From positions 10,788,001-10,852,000 of the forward strand of contig OZ231126.1 in NCBI GenBank assembly GCA_965153355.1: 64,000 bases of DNA. Direction: 5' to 3'. The notes under the pieces are model-generated. The model was given only the letters and a program-made list of their open reading frames with translations. It was not told the origin of the DNA and did no database searches. The translations under genes and the position numbers were made by a program. Shown here piece after piece: positions 14,273-30,616 of the stretch. Each line of letters opens with the position of its first letter. Within the stretch, counting starts at the first letter, position 1. The DNA is from Flaccisagitta enflata (taxonomy: Eukaryota).

Positions 14273-14689
14273 CACTCTTTTTTTCTTATAAGAACATGAT
14301 ATTTTTTCTGAGGCTCGATGTTCTTATTTCTAGGGCAATTTGAGCTTCAAATTGTTCTTTGGATGTTCTTATTTTTCCATGCGCCAGCTTATACAGGAAT
14401 GTTCTCACCTAGCTTTGATGGCTAATTGAAAGGACATGAGAACTAAAATATTAATCATAAACACATCAGATTTAGATGTGAGACTGATTGATGTCAATCA
14501 CTACAATAAAGCAGTCACAATTCTCTTGGTTTACTGCAGTTCCTGCATTAGCAACAAAAGAGGAATATTCTTATAAAGTTATAATCCTCCATTGTGAGGC
14601 TGATGATGTTCTTATGATTGTTCTTATTTTTTTCCATATCTGAGCCTCAATGTTCTTATAAACAAGGTTCTTAGTCAAAGAAAAGAGTG
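14273..14689. mobile_element. TA-flanked MITE
   Basis: ta|CACTCTTT... ...AAAGAGTG|ta with repeated internal TGTTCTTAT motifs. Confidence 0.7.
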
Positions 14690-14771
14690 TATATCAACGG
14701 ATCGACATGCTAGACGGACAGACACTTCCTTGTCGCTTGTATGAGACGGGAAGGACGGATACGTACTGTCT

Positions 14772-18173
<3,402 letters not shown>

Positions 18174-19279
18174 ACGCTAGAGGCTAGTAACCGGCAAAAT
18201 GAAATAAACGGTAGAAACTTTGCAGAAAAAACGTAAATCCAAAAAACCCAAAAACCCAAAAACCATAACAACAATAAAAGAACACCAGCTACACTAGCGC
18301 CTAAGAGAGCTCCAGCAATGAAACCAGGACAAACTAGAAATCCATTATAATTTGATTCCATCAACTTCTTCTTGCGGTTGCTGTAAAGAGAACAGCAACA
18401 GCCTCATCAGCAGCAACAGCCTCACCAGCAGCAACAGCGACAGCAGGAGCGGCCGCGGTATTAAAGACTATAGCATCAGCGACAACGGCAACAGCAGCAA
18501 CATCGTTCCCCACGTTCGTAACGAGAACCCATTGTCACCAGACTTCAAATCCAATCCATTTCACGCCGTAAATACCGACCGTCGTAAACAACGAGCCGTT
18601 TAAAAATATCTTCAACTTCGTCAGCGCCATCTTGAGCCTCTCCAACACTCTGCGGCTGCGGCTTCAAAGGCAGTTTCGAAACGGTCTGCCGCATTCCAAC
18701 GCCTCGATCTACGCGTGTCAAAATCGTGTGTCGGCCACTCCAAGTCGATCTCCGCTCGTCCAACATCCCGACAGTGCATCCTGAGGACCGTGCTGTGGTA
18801 AAGTATCAACGAGTTCATCCTAACAACGTCAAACATGGTGGAGAACTCCATCTCTGAAAGCGCCTTTCGCTCAATCGACCCATCAGTATATAAGCCTCAA
18901 AAACGGCGCGAGGAAGTCAAGATTTCAATCACTACATAACTTGGTCTCGTTATCATCATCAATGTGTCAAAGGTGTCATGCACATCTCTCCAGTCGCGGC
19001 AATCCCCTCGCCAACTGCATCCATGACACACACCCGCTGGAGGATCTTTGCACAGATCATGGATGGTTCATCACATCTGCGCAACAACTTCACACATCCA
19101 CGGATCATCGGCGGCTACATCTACTGATACCATGACTTTACTTCCGATGCGCCAAACGAGACATCATCTGCAGCCGTCACGGTCAAATAACGGATATTTC
19201 TTTTTATGTAAACTTGAGTGACCACATCAAACTCTTTTTGAGGCAGCCAGACAAAAAGAAGACAAATATATTTGAATGT

Positions 19280-19285
19280 TTTATT
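19280..19285 (-). promoter_or_regulatory. Candidate polyadenylation signal AATAAA of gene B
   Basis: TTTATT on + strand, ~57 nt downstream of the TAA at 19342-19344. Confidence 0.5.
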
Positions 19286-19341
19286 TATCTTTATTTTCCT
19301 CTTTTTTTTTTTTAAATGCTTTCATTTTTTTTTTCTTTTTT

Positions 19342-19497
19342 TTAATCATTCTTGGACGCTGCGCTCCTTCCGATCTCCGCGAACTCGATTTCGAGACGCT
19401 GCGCCTCCTCGGCGTTTTTGCGGTAGGCCTTTGCCTTTTGTCCGCCGGCGGTCGCCGTTCCCGCTCCATCTCGGTAAACGAGATTCCGCCATTTTTG
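19342..19497 (-). CDS. Gene B terminal exon: end of Myb/SANT-like domain plus helical tail
   Basis: Acceptor (T)10CATAG|; phase 0; QKWRNLVYRDGAGTATAGGQKAKAYRKNAEEAQRLEIEFAEIGRSAASKND*. Confidence 0.75.
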   Translation of the reverse strand, partial: QKWRNLVYRDGAGTATAGGQKAKAYRKNAEEAQRLEIEFAEIGRSAASKND

Positions 19498-19616
19498 CTA
19501 TGAAAAAAAAAAGATGTGTAACTGATCCTCTTCATTGATCTACAATGTCATGACAAGTCAAGTTATGGCTAACATAGGCGTCTTGTTGAAAAGAATGTAG
19601 GATTGAGTGAACTAAT

Positions 19617-19715
<99 letters not shown>

Positions 19716-19783
19716 ACAGATAGACAGACAGAGAGGAAGGTTTTATTTCGCCGAACGGCCCTAAATCTTTGTCATCGTTTTAC

Positions 19784-19989
19784 CTTAATGGAATCCGCGC
19801 TGAACGGCTTCCGTCCGGGGGCCATTCTCGCGTTGAGCGCATCGGCCAGGGCTGTCGCAATGGCCTCCGTCTCTCCTTTCATCAACTCGCGATGCTCCAT
19901 CAACTCGCGATGCTCCATCTCCTTCTGGGCGTCCTTGGCCGCACGTTCCTCCCACCATTTGAAATTCACTTTCGAAGATATTCTACACG
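19784..19989 (-). CDS. Gene B exon: Myb/SANT(MADF)-like domain core
   Basis: ataacag|...AAG|gtaaaa; CRISSKVNFKWWEERAAKDAQKEMEHRELMEHRELMKGETEAIATALADALNARMAPGRKPFSADSIK; contains an in-frame 18-bp duplication; 5' boundary less certain. Confidence 0.7.
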
Positions 19990-20035
19990 CTGTTATGAAA
20001 TGGAAGCGAGTAAATTGTAACAGTAACCAGACAAC

Positions 20036-20080
20036 CGACGATTTCCAATGACGCGTGATATTTAGTTTGCAGCAAATGAC
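20036..20080 (-). CDS. Gene B optional 45-bp exon
   Basis: T-rich acceptor ...TTTTAATATGGCAG|; phase 1->1; HLLQTKYHASLEIV; weak donor G|gttgtc followed by a 46-nt intron. Confidence 0.4.
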
Positions 20081-20300
20081 CTGCCATATTAAAAGAAAAA
20101 AAAGATCTTTCAGTTACACGGTAAAATGCTCTTCTCTTTCTCACGAGATTCTACAATCCCCACGAAAATCACCCTCGAATCAATTGCGCTCGCATAAAAA
20201 AATAAAATCTCTTCATTGATTATTGAAGCTTCCTGAGAAAAAATTCCAAATACTGTCAATAAAAAAACGTTTCTTAATGCTTTAAGTGAGGATAACTTAC

Positions 20301-20537
20301 GACTGGTCTCGGCGGGGGGAGCAAAAACTCCGACCACGTCGTCTTCGTTGCTGGCGTGGTTGTTGTTGTTGTTGTTGTTGTTGCCGGTGTTTCCGGACGT
20401 CGCGCCTCGTCCTCTTCCTCTTCCTCGGCCTCGAGAGCCGCGACCGCCGCGACCGCCTCCACGTCCACTCGCCATCGGCGCCGAAGTCGGCGCCTCAGAA
20501 TCGGCATCGGCGCCAAATAGAAGCGAAAGGTTATAAT
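20301..20537 (-). CDS. Gene B exon with RG/RGG-rich tract and poly-Asn
   Basis: ttttgttgtttag|...C|gtaagt; phase 1->1; YNLSLLFGADADSEAPTSAPMASGRGGGRGGRGSRGRGRGRGRGATSGNTGN8HASNEDDVVGVFAPPAETS; a possible start Met at 20475. Confidence 0.7.
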
Positions 20538-21905
20538 CTAAACAACAAAATCGAAACACACTTAAAGATTTGAAAAAAAAAACCCGAGGATTATGTACAA
20601 TATCGTACGCGTGCGGCTGGGCAAGAAAGTATTTACGTGTTTCCACACATTTTGATTCAAGCGTTTGACGGTATGACGGTTGAAAATCATTGTAAATTTA
20701 CAAAGCACGCAGCAAGCGACCGAAAAAAAGAACCACAACAAGGAAAAAAGGAAAATGATAAATTTGGTGTTATAAGTACCTACTTTCTATGTGAAAAACA
20801 AAAACAACAACAAAAACAACAATAAAAACCAAGGGAAAAAAACGAAAACATCGCGTCTTAGATTTTATCGGTAAATGTGGAGTGAAAAAAAAACGGAGCC
20901 CCGGCTGGTGCAAGAAGAAGGAATGAATATCTATGACGTGAGAACAGACTTCGGTGCCACTAGAAGAGGAAAAGCGTGCACTGGCCGCAGATTTGGAAGA
21001 AGACAAAATCACGCATGAGTACTGCGAAGTGTGAACCGAGCTCAAAGGCATCTACACAGATTCTATTGCTGCTTCTATCGAGTTATCAAAAGCTGTTCAT
21101 CCGCTTTTAAACGCGGCGTCGCCTGAAATCTCGCCTTCGGAGAAAAACCTCAGTCTCAGTCACCTCACCAACGCCTTCAGCAGCGTCAGCAGCTTCAACG
21201 TGTCATTCCGACTCCCCATGTGCGTCAATTTGGTCAGAACTTCTCGTGCTACTGTGTCTCGACCTCCCCCACACGACGGCAGACCCCCACCGACCCCCAA
21301 AAAGCTCGTCGACGCGACCTCAGGCGCCTCCAGGGAAGCTGCAGAAGTGACAAAACACTTGGGTAGATGAACCTCGACGTCCTCTAACTAATTCGACCGA
21401 TACAGACGACCTCGGACACCTCCCAACACCTCGTCACCGCCAATAGCAGCAGCAGCAGTTTCCGGACTCCACAACGCTTTAGCGACGCTCCCCAATGACT
21501 TCAAACTCGTTGAGCATCGTCCTCTTGACTTCCTCTGTCCCCCCATGAGTCAACCGAACCTTCCCACAGCCTCCAACCGATCGTCGATGACACACTCCAA
21601 GCATCCGCATCTGCAGCCGCAGATTGTCGTGGAACCGCTGCGACCACGAGCATGAAATTCTCGAGAGTTGAGTAAGGTTGCCATATGTGAGATGTCACTT
21701 AACGCCAACTTTCGCCGCGAACTTCCGACATGGTTGTCAACTGCTTCTCGAACAGCACGTCCACTATTTTTGCCCTGTCTCCCAAAACGTTCGAGATACG
21801 ATAACGAAATTTGGTACACAGACTCGATATGACATCCTCTATCAACTCATCACGACATTCCTCCGTCAATCTACATAATTCTTCAAGAAAAAAAGAACCA
21901 AAACT

Positions 21906-23130
<1,225 letters not shown>

Positions 23131-23615
23131 AAAGTTGGAGAAGGACGAAAGAAAGGTAGGTAGGAAGTATGAGAGATGGGATGATTATCAGTTGCGAGAA
23201 ATGAAAACTTGATTGACGGCAGGGATAAAGATCCTTTCAAGCTTCCGAGAAGCATATGAGAAGCATATGAGCTTTCTTAAGAGATATCAATCACTTCCGA
23301 GAAGCGCCGCTTCACCAAAATATGAATGCCTGATTGACGGACAGAGCAGACAAAGCAACAGAGACTTTTTTCCCGCTCCTCAAGATTTCCTATCCAAACC
23401 CGACAAAAGAGCGTTGCTCTTTTGTTTGTTTAGGTTTAAAAAGAGCGACGATAGATGTCGTATTACGATGAAAGGGAGGAAGGAAGGAAGGAAGGAAAGA
23501 AGGAAAGCAGGAATCAAAGAACGGAATAAACATTCAGATAGAAGGAGGAGGATGAGGAAGGAAGAGAAAGAAAGAAAGAAAGGAAGGAAGAAAGGGAAAG
23601 AAAGAAAAAAAAGGA

Positions 23616-23691
<76 letters not shown>

Positions 23692-23814
23692 GAAAAGAAA
23701 AAAAAGAAAGAATGAAAGAACGAGATAATCTACAAAAAAAAAAAAAAAAAGATGATCTACGAAAAAAAAGAATAAAAAAGAAAATCGATTTGGAAGCAAA
23801 TGTTTCCTCAACAT

Positions 23815-23918
23815 TTACGCTGTCGTCTGCAAATCGAACTTAAGACGAGAATTTTCAACCACCGGAAATGAGTTGACGTGGAATCTCAGGTCAAGAAGAA
23901 ATTGGCTAGTACTAAGTT
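23815..23918 (-). CDS. Gene A candidate last (or internal) exon
   Basis: ttactcag|; phase 1; LSTSQFLLDLRFHVNSFPVVENSRLKFDLQTTA*; an alternative donor GC|gtaaat overlaps the stop; no polyA signal seen. Confidence 0.4.
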
Positions 23919-24735
23919 CTGAGTAACGCCCACGTCAACGAAAGCCGCGTGATATAGAGAAAAAAACCCGTGGCAACGCGCATGATAGCAAAAAAGGCAA
24001 GATCTCATGAATGAGTGAATCGCGTCGCTGGAAATGAGTGCGGGAAAAAGCATGTCACGTAATGACAAAGATGAAAAACAACACGGCCAGGAGATGCCCA
24101 ATAGATGCGTTCTCTTTAGATGTAAGTTATTCTAAAAGATACAAATTATACGGAAATACAAGAAAATAAGATTTAATGATATGGAGATATAAAGATTGAG
24201 AAAAAGACGAGGAGATATGAAGAGACATGAAGAGACATGTGAGACATATGAGGCATAAGTGAGGTAAGAGAAATAAGAGATAATGAGAAATAAGAGACAA
24301 GAGAAAAAAGAGTCATAATAGACATGTAGGAGACATACAGGAGAAAAAAGAGACAGAAAAGACTAAAAAGAAAATAAAAGAGACAAAGGAGACAAAAGCG
24401 ACGAATGAGACATAAGAAATATAAGAGACATGAAGAGAAATCAAGAGATATAAAGAGAAATCAAGAGAAAACCCTTAAAATCGTGATTGGAAATTTTCGC
24501 GTTACCTAGGGACCAAGGGACCAAGGGACATGCGCATCTAAAAACATAGACAAAAATTAAAAAATAACCAAAGCAAGAACAAAAAAGGGAAGTTCAAAGC
24601 AAGGAAAACGAAAACAAAACAAAAAACGTTAAGCAAAAATTAAAAAAAAATAAACAAAACAACACAAAACAAAAAAAAATGAAAAAAATAAAAAGAAAAG
24701 AAAACATCTTCGCTCCTCGAGCATTTCGTCATTAC

Positions 24736-24825
24736 CTTCAATGTCGATTTCCGCGGCGACCTTCTTCGCGCAATTCGCGTCGGGGGCGGCGGTGACGGCT
24801 TCATCGCCCATAACGTTCGCGTAAT
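24736..24825 (-). CDS. Gene A exon
   Basis: Poly-T tract AACAG|...G|gtaatg; phase 1->1; DYANVMGDEAVTAAPDANCAKKVAAEIDIE. Confidence 0.75.
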
Positions 24826-25053
24826 CTGTTAAAAAAAAAAAAAAAAAAACTAACATAAAAAAGCGGCCATTAGGTTGGTTGGAAACGTTCGACCGTGACA
24901 AAACGATTGAAGGAAACCTGAATGTTTTTTTTTTCATACACGCTGTCAATGTCAACCGGAAATTGCGTCGAAGGAAAGCATGTCACCGGACAAATAATAC
25001 AAACTAAAACAAAAACAAAAAACCGATCCGCTCGTCGAACCTTTCTTTATTAC

Positions 25054-25098
25054 CTTTCATGGGTGCGATGGGGAGCAGCGCCTCCGACTGCAATACGC
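25054..25098 (-). CDS. Gene A exon
   Basis: gtaaag|...G|gtaata; phase 1->1; GVLQSEALLPIAPMK. Confidence 0.65.
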
Positions 25099-25203
25099 CT
25101 TTACATGACAAAACGGAACGATAGAAAAATGAGATAAAAATGAACAAGAGAGAAATATTAGATGTTTCGGCGCGATTAGCTTTATTTCATGTTGACTGAC
25201 TGA

Positions 25204-25257
<54 letters not shown>

Positions 25258-25280
25258 CTCTTATCAATTATATGCATTAC

Positions 25281-25349
25281 CAAGCAACTCTTCGGCGCGC
25301 CGGAACAGCCGCCTCCACTCCACGTCAACGTCAACGTCAACCGATCGAT
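25281..25349 (-). CDS. Gene A exon
   Basis: ttcttactcag|...G|gtaatg; phase 1->1; DRSVDVDVDVEWRRLFRRAEELL. Confidence 0.72.
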
Positions 25350-25466
25350 CTGAGTAAGAATTTCAAAATTAGTTTCTTGTACTTTTTCTTCTAAAAGAAA
25401 CGCGGAGTTAACGCGGAGTAACGCCGACAAAACACAAATCTCAAAGCTTGTTTTTAATGTATCCAC

Positions 25467-25608
25467 CTAATGGGTCTCCGAGCACCGACATGTCCCGGGT
25501 GGACATTTCCGCCTCGCCACGCATCACTTCCGGCGGCTGCTGGGATTCGAACCCAGTCAGCACCACCGGACCCCGCTTCGCCTCGGTCGCAATTCGAAAT
25601 TCTAGATT
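25467..25608 (-). CDS. Gene A exon
   Basis: gttctttag|...G|gtggat; phase 0->1; NLEFRIATEAKRGPVVLTGFESQQPPEVMRGEAEMSTRDMSVLGDPL. Confidence 0.7.
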
Positions 25609-25826
25609 CTAAAGAACGTAACAGATATATCACGTTTATTGCCAAACATATGCGTTACCGACCGATCGACCAACCAACGGACCGACCGACGGACACAGCC
25701 AGTTATAGTGGCGCGTTGGTGGTGAGATTTAAGATATTTCGCCTCGCGTTCAATTAAACTATCCCAAAAATAAATAAAAAATTTTCATTTCATTTCAATT
25801 TATGTCACACGATACAACCATCTTAC

Positions 25827-25886
25827 ATCCAGCATCTGGCCGACGGACCGAATGAACGGCCACTCCTCTTCGCAATCTGTCTTTAT
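25827..25886 (-). CDS. Gene A exon
   Basis: tttttcaccctacag|...|gtaaga; phase 0->0; IKTDCEEEWPFIRSVGQMLD. Confidence 0.75.
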
Positions 25887-26001
25887 CTGTAGGGTGAAAA
25901 AGATTTCATTTTTTTTGTTGTTGTCTTTTTTTTTTGTTGTTTTTTTTTCATTGAAATGTGGATATTTTTGATTTCGTTTATTCATTCTTAACAAATAGTA
26001 C

Positions 26002-26121
26002 CGCTTCGATGTCTCCTAGGACTGCGAGGAACTCCTCGACATAGCGCCCATATTGGATGCGCGCCTCCATGACATTCGTCGCAGTCGCTGACTGCACCAA
26101 AGCCATGAGTTCCAAGCGTCT
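26002..26121 (-). CDS. Gene A exon (predicted helical)
   Basis: cctttcatttcgtag|...|gtacta; phase 0->0; RRLELMALVQSATATNVMEARIQYGRYVEEFLAVLGDIEA. Confidence 0.72.
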
Positions 26122-26512
26122 CTACGAAATGAAAGGAGACTTACTATTAGAATGATCCTCGTCGGGTCATTCTGTTAGATCATTCAGTGTGTCTATATGA
26201 GGCTCCCTCGACGCAGTTAATCTTTAAGGGTCCTCTGCAATTTTCGCTAAATCCACAATGGCCCCTATCGCATCAAAAGTTACTTCTAGGTCCCTTTTCT
26301 TTGGTCTTTTGCTGCTCGGCATTAGTTGGCTAGATGATCTCCACTTTAGTGATGAGCTCCAGTATGGGTTGCATGCCGCATGGCCAGGGGATGCAACTAA
26401 CCGCCCCACACCAATGACCACAACGGCTTCTGCGTCAGTGTCCATCTTAATCGCTATCGACACCCTTAAAGTCACGCTGCGTTTCCTACTTCGTTGCCTG
26501 CTCTGTCACCTA

Positions 26513-26575
<63 letters not shown>

Positions 26576-26577
<2 letters not shown>

Positions 26578-26698
26578 CCATGCCCCGTTTCCCCCTTTTC
26601 TTCAGCCCTGCATTTTCCTCTTGCAGCCGCGCAACTTGTTCCTCCAAGTGCGCGACTTTCTCCTCTTTCAGTCTTTCGGACTGCCGTAAATACCATAT
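26576..26698 (-). CDS. Gene A exon: leucine-zipper-like coiled coil
   Basis: tttttcttttttctcag|...|gtgaga; phase 0->0; IWYLRQSERLKEEKVAHLEEQVARLQEENAGLKKRGKRGMG with heptad Leu spacing. Confidence 0.75.
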
Positions 26699-26936
26699 CT
26701 GAGAAAAAAGAAAAAGTTGATTTTGGGAAAAGTGAATTTTGGGTGAAAAGTAAATTGGGAATCATGATTTTAAAAGTTGTCAAATTTGTCATTCAGAAAA
26801 AGGGACGTGCTAAAACAAAGGATTTGGGAGCTGGAACAGGCGTGAAAACAGAAAGACGGAAAGACGGAAAGACGGAAAGACGGAAAGACGGAAAGACGGA
26901 AAGACGGAAAGACGAGAAGGTGGCCCGCTTTGAGGA

Positions 26937-27344
<408 letters not shown>

Positions 27345-27419
27345 GTGATAGAGCAGGTAACGGAAAGACGAGAAGGTGGCCCGCTTAATGGAAGAAAAGG
27401 CCGTGCTGCAGAAGATAGA

Positions 27420-27534
27420 GGAAGAATAAGAAGAAGTAAAAGAAGAAGAAGAAGAAGAGGAAGAAGAAGAAGAAGTAGAAGAAGAAGAAGAAGAAGAAGA
27501 AGAAGAAGAAGAAGAAGAAGAAGAAGAAGAAGAA

Positions 27535-27566
<32 letters not shown>

Positions 27567-27900
27567 AAAAGAAAAAGAAAAAGAAAAAGAAAAAAAAGAA
27601 AAAAAAGAAGAAGAAGGGGAAAACGTAGAGGAAGAGGAAGAAGTAGAAGAAGATGTAGAAGAAGCTGTAGAAGAAGAAGAAGAAGAAGAAGAAGAAGAAG
27701 AAGATGAAGAAGAAGAAGAAGAAGAAGAAGAAGAAGCAGAAGAGGAAGAAAAAGAAAAGGAAGTAAAAGAGGAAGAAAAGAAGAGGAAGAAGAAGGAGGA
27801 GAAGAAGAAGAGGGAGAAGTAGGAGAAGAAGAAGAAGAAGAAAAAAAAAAGAAGAAGAAGGCGAATAAGAAGAACAAGAAGAACAAGAAGAACAAGAAGA
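27420..27900. repeat. (GAA)n-rich microsatellite (intronic)
   Basis: GAA runs with variants. Confidence 0.93.
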
Positions 27901-27919
27901 GCTTAAGATTCCTAATTAC

Positions 27920-28174
27920 TGTCTCTAAAAGCGACTTCTTCGACGCCGCTTCCATCGCCGCTTCCTTCGCGTCGAGGTTGTTGTTGTTGTTGTTGTTATT
28001 GTTGTTGTTATTGTTGTTGTTGTTGTTGTTGTTGTTCCCGCTTGGCAACGACTCGTTGTCGTCGATGATGCTGGTGCTGTTGTTCATGATGTTGTTGTTG
28101 CTGTTGTTGTTGTTGAAGTTGCCGTCACCGTCTCCTGTCGGTGTCGTCTCCTCGTCACGCCGCGGCAATAGTAT
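27920..28174 (-). CDS. Gene A exon, poly-Asn rich
   Basis: ccctttccctcctag|...ACA|gtaatt; phase 0->0; ILLPRRDEETTPTGDGDGNF...LDAKEAAMEAASKKSLLET, joining naturally to IWYLRQ. Confidence 0.72.
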
Positions 28175-28401
28175 CTAGGAGGGAAAGGGTCTCAATTGGT
28201 CATTTGTTGGAAAAAAAAGAAAAAGAAAAAAAAACAATCACTTAATCATCATTCCTCACAGAAATACACAAGGCCAAAACCATACACATTACACAAAGGC
28301 TGACTGCAAAGAATCATCCGCGATCTGCGATTCATAAAAATTCATTCTTTTACAAAGATCTCGTTATACTTTCTCTATCAATTGAAATAAAAAAAGAATA
28401 C

Positions 28402-28530
28402 CGCGCCATTCCAACGTCGCAACGTTGCCTTGGGTGGGGTTGCGGGCGCCAGCGTCGTGGAGTTGGTGGACGCACCCGCTTCAAACTCCGCGTAGCCGAA
28501 GAGGTCTCCGGTGGATAAATCGTGAAAGTT
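28402..28530 (-). CDS. Gene A exon
   Basis: catatttccag|...GCG|gtattc; phase 0->0; NFHDLSTGDLFGYAEFEAGASTNSTTLAPATPPKATLRRWNGA; 5' boundary uncertain because the upstream Asp-rich ORF also looks coding. Confidence 0.55.
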
Positions 28531-28825
28531 CTGGAAATATGCGTTTTAGGCGTGGACGTTAAAGAACATGTTTTGGTATTCGCTTGGTGCGCTAATCCGC
28601 CGCCGCCGTCGTCGTCACAGCCTTCGTCGTCGTCGTCGTCGTTGTCGTCGTCGTCGTCGTCGTCGTCGTCGTTGTTGTTGGTGTTGTTGTAGGCCATCAA
28701 CGCTGATCCGTTGATGAGTCAGTCCGTCAGTCGATTCACCATGTGCATAACCTTTTTCTTTTTCTCTTTCTTTTTCTTCTTCTTCTTAAATATGACTTCT
28801 CTACTGACAAGGTGACATCCACTTT

Positions 28826-28926
<101 letters not shown>

Positions 28927-28964
28927 AATCATCATCATCATCCACGTTTTGCCTTTTTCTTTAC

Positions 28965-29011
28965 CTTACTGACCGCTTCGTTTGCGCGGCCAAAATTCTC
29001 AGAAATCGGGT
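28965..29011 (-). CDS. Gene A exon
   Basis: tttttcttttttaccgacag|...AAG|gtaaag; phase 1->0; DPISENFGRANEAVSK. Confidence 0.65.
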
Positions 29012-29216
29012 CTGTCGGTAAAAAAGAAAAATCAAACTGAGACTGTTAAAATCAGATTCCGGTATATGAAAGAATATAATAAATCATTACATTTCTAACA
29101 AACGCGCAAGTCAAACTTTGCCAAGTGCCCGGGAAAAAAAAAACATTAAAAGACTAGACCTGGAGTTACTTAGGAGTGGGCGCGACGCTTTCATGTCAAA
29201 AAATTATATATCCTAC

Positions 29217-29305
29217 CAACGCCTTCGTCGTGGGTCGCCGAATCCCGGCCCGCCACGACGCCAACGACCTCTTCCAGGACATCTTCCAAGAAGGCCCGTG
29301 CTGAT
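29217..29305 (-). CDS. Gene A exon
   Basis: gatgtacag|...G|gtagga; phase 2->1; SARAFLEDVLEEVVGVVAGRDSATHDEGV. Confidence 0.68.
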
Positions 29306-29354
29306 CTGTACATCGAATAACACATCGACACTAACGGCTGTGGATGATAATCAC

Positions 29355-29390
29355 ACGGCGATCGACACGAGAATGGCCTCGACCATCAGA
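29355..29390 (-). CDS. Gene A optional 36-bp exon
   Basis: ttttcttgttgatag|...GT|gtgatt; phase 2->2; LMVEAILVSIA; followed by a 49-nt intron. Confidence 0.45.
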
Positions 29391-29734
29391 CTATCAACAA
29401 GAAAACTTAAGAGCCAAGGTGGATAACACGTTACTGACATTGTAAACTTTTTTTTTTTTGCTCAAAAAAGAAACGGCAAAGTTATCTCTGGACCTCTACC
29501 ATTACCAAAACCCCAACCTTAACCTTAAGTCAATCCATGACCCTAACCCTAATGATCAAAAGCCCGCCCAAAAGCAAAGCCCTTTACGGAAATATATCTT
29601 TCAGCGGAAAGAAAACAAACAAAAGAACAAATTACCTTTATCGGTTTCGGAAAAACAAAAGAACCTATCTTATCGGTTTCATTAAATACATTCATTAAGA
29701 CCTGGAATTGAAACATAAAACCCTTCTCTATTAC

Positions 29735-29924
29735 ATTTCCCGTGGCTCTTCCATGCCGTCTTCGGCCTTCGCAGCGTCGGCGGCCTTCGTGGTCGCATCG
29801 TCGACGGCCTCGACCGGCGTCGATGGAGTCGCCGCGGCGTCAGTCGCTTCCGCTTCCACTTCTGCTTCCACTTCCGCCGCAACTTTCGTCGCTTCCGATT
29901 CCGCCGCCGCGGACCCGAGGACGT
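29735..29924 (-). CDS. Gene A exon, Ala/Glu-rich low complexity
   Basis: tttgtcaccaaag|...AT|gtaata; phase 1->2; VLGSAAAESEATKVAAEVEAEVEAEATDAAATPSTPVEAVDDATTKAADAAKAEDGMEEPRE. Confidence 0.7.
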
Positions 29925-29981
29925 CTTTGGTGACAAATAGGGGATGATTGATTATTGCATAATGTTCCGTTCACCGAACAC

Positions 29982-30029
<48 letters not shown>

Positions 30030-30186
30030 CATTTTCGTTTTGCATGAGTAGCAAACCCAGGATACGTTAGCATTCCTCACTCCTCCTTCTCTTCCTCCTC
30101 CTTCTCTTCCTCCTCCTTCTCTTCCTCCTCCTCCTCCTCCCCCCTCCGACGCACAAAGTAGGGAAAAATTATGGGAATTCAAATCA

Positions 30187-30334
30187 CAAAGCCGGATACA
30201 CGCTCCATATCGGTCGCATTCGGGTGGGGCGGCGAGAGGGGGGGGGGCGTGCAGGGGGCAGGGGGGGGGGAATGCATTCTCATCATCACTGTCCAACTAA
30301 CGGAAGGATCTACTGGGTCCTTTAGTCCGCGACT
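30187..30334 (-). mobile_element. Degenerate HINE-like element in a gene A intron
   Basis: CAAAGCCGGATACACG...GTCGCATTCGGGTGGGGC...GTCCGCGACT matches both family ends. Confidence 0.55.
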
Positions 30335-30451
30335 AAGAATAAATGTTTCTCTTAATAGCACTAAGATATATGATACTCACTCGTTTATCGCTTATACTAT
30401 CTTTCAGCCAAAGAAAATGAAATGAGAAAAAAAAAGACTCATGTTAACAAC

Positions 30452-30616
30452 CTGATACATTTGCATTTCCCGCGGAGCACGATCGCCTCGACCGGGACCT
30501 CCGCTCATTCGCCCGGCCTTTCATGGCGGCCGCCTCTTCCTCTCTTGGTACGGAGTACCATCCGTCGGCTGATGGCGCGCGGGGTCGCCTCCCCTTCATG
30601 GCTGTCTTCGCCTTGT
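30452..30616 (-). CDS. Gene A most 5' exon found (basic, low complexity); true start not located
   Basis: gttatcttag|...G|gttgtt; phase 1->1; KAKTAMKGRRPRAPSADGWYSVPREEEAAAMKGRANERRSRSRRSCSAGNANVS. Confidence 0.55.

Noticed and set aside
25540-25556. tRNA T-arm / Pol III B-box-like CTGGGTTCGAATCCCAG on the minus strand
   Set aside because: No convincing D-arm, anticodon arm or correctly spaced acceptor stem; it lies within a phase-consistent exon of gene A.
26145-26490. Coding-like minus-strand segment (83 aa ORF) and apparent 23-nt intron at 26122-26144
   Set aside because: Stops occur in all frames, no good acceptor exists and the intron is implausibly short; left as unexplained intronic sequence.
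29541-29552. Telomere-like CCCTAACCCTAA
   Set aside because: Only two units; not an array.
30187-30334. Pro-rich candidate exon of gene A
   Set aside because: Both ends match HINE termini, so it is treated as an intronic insertion.
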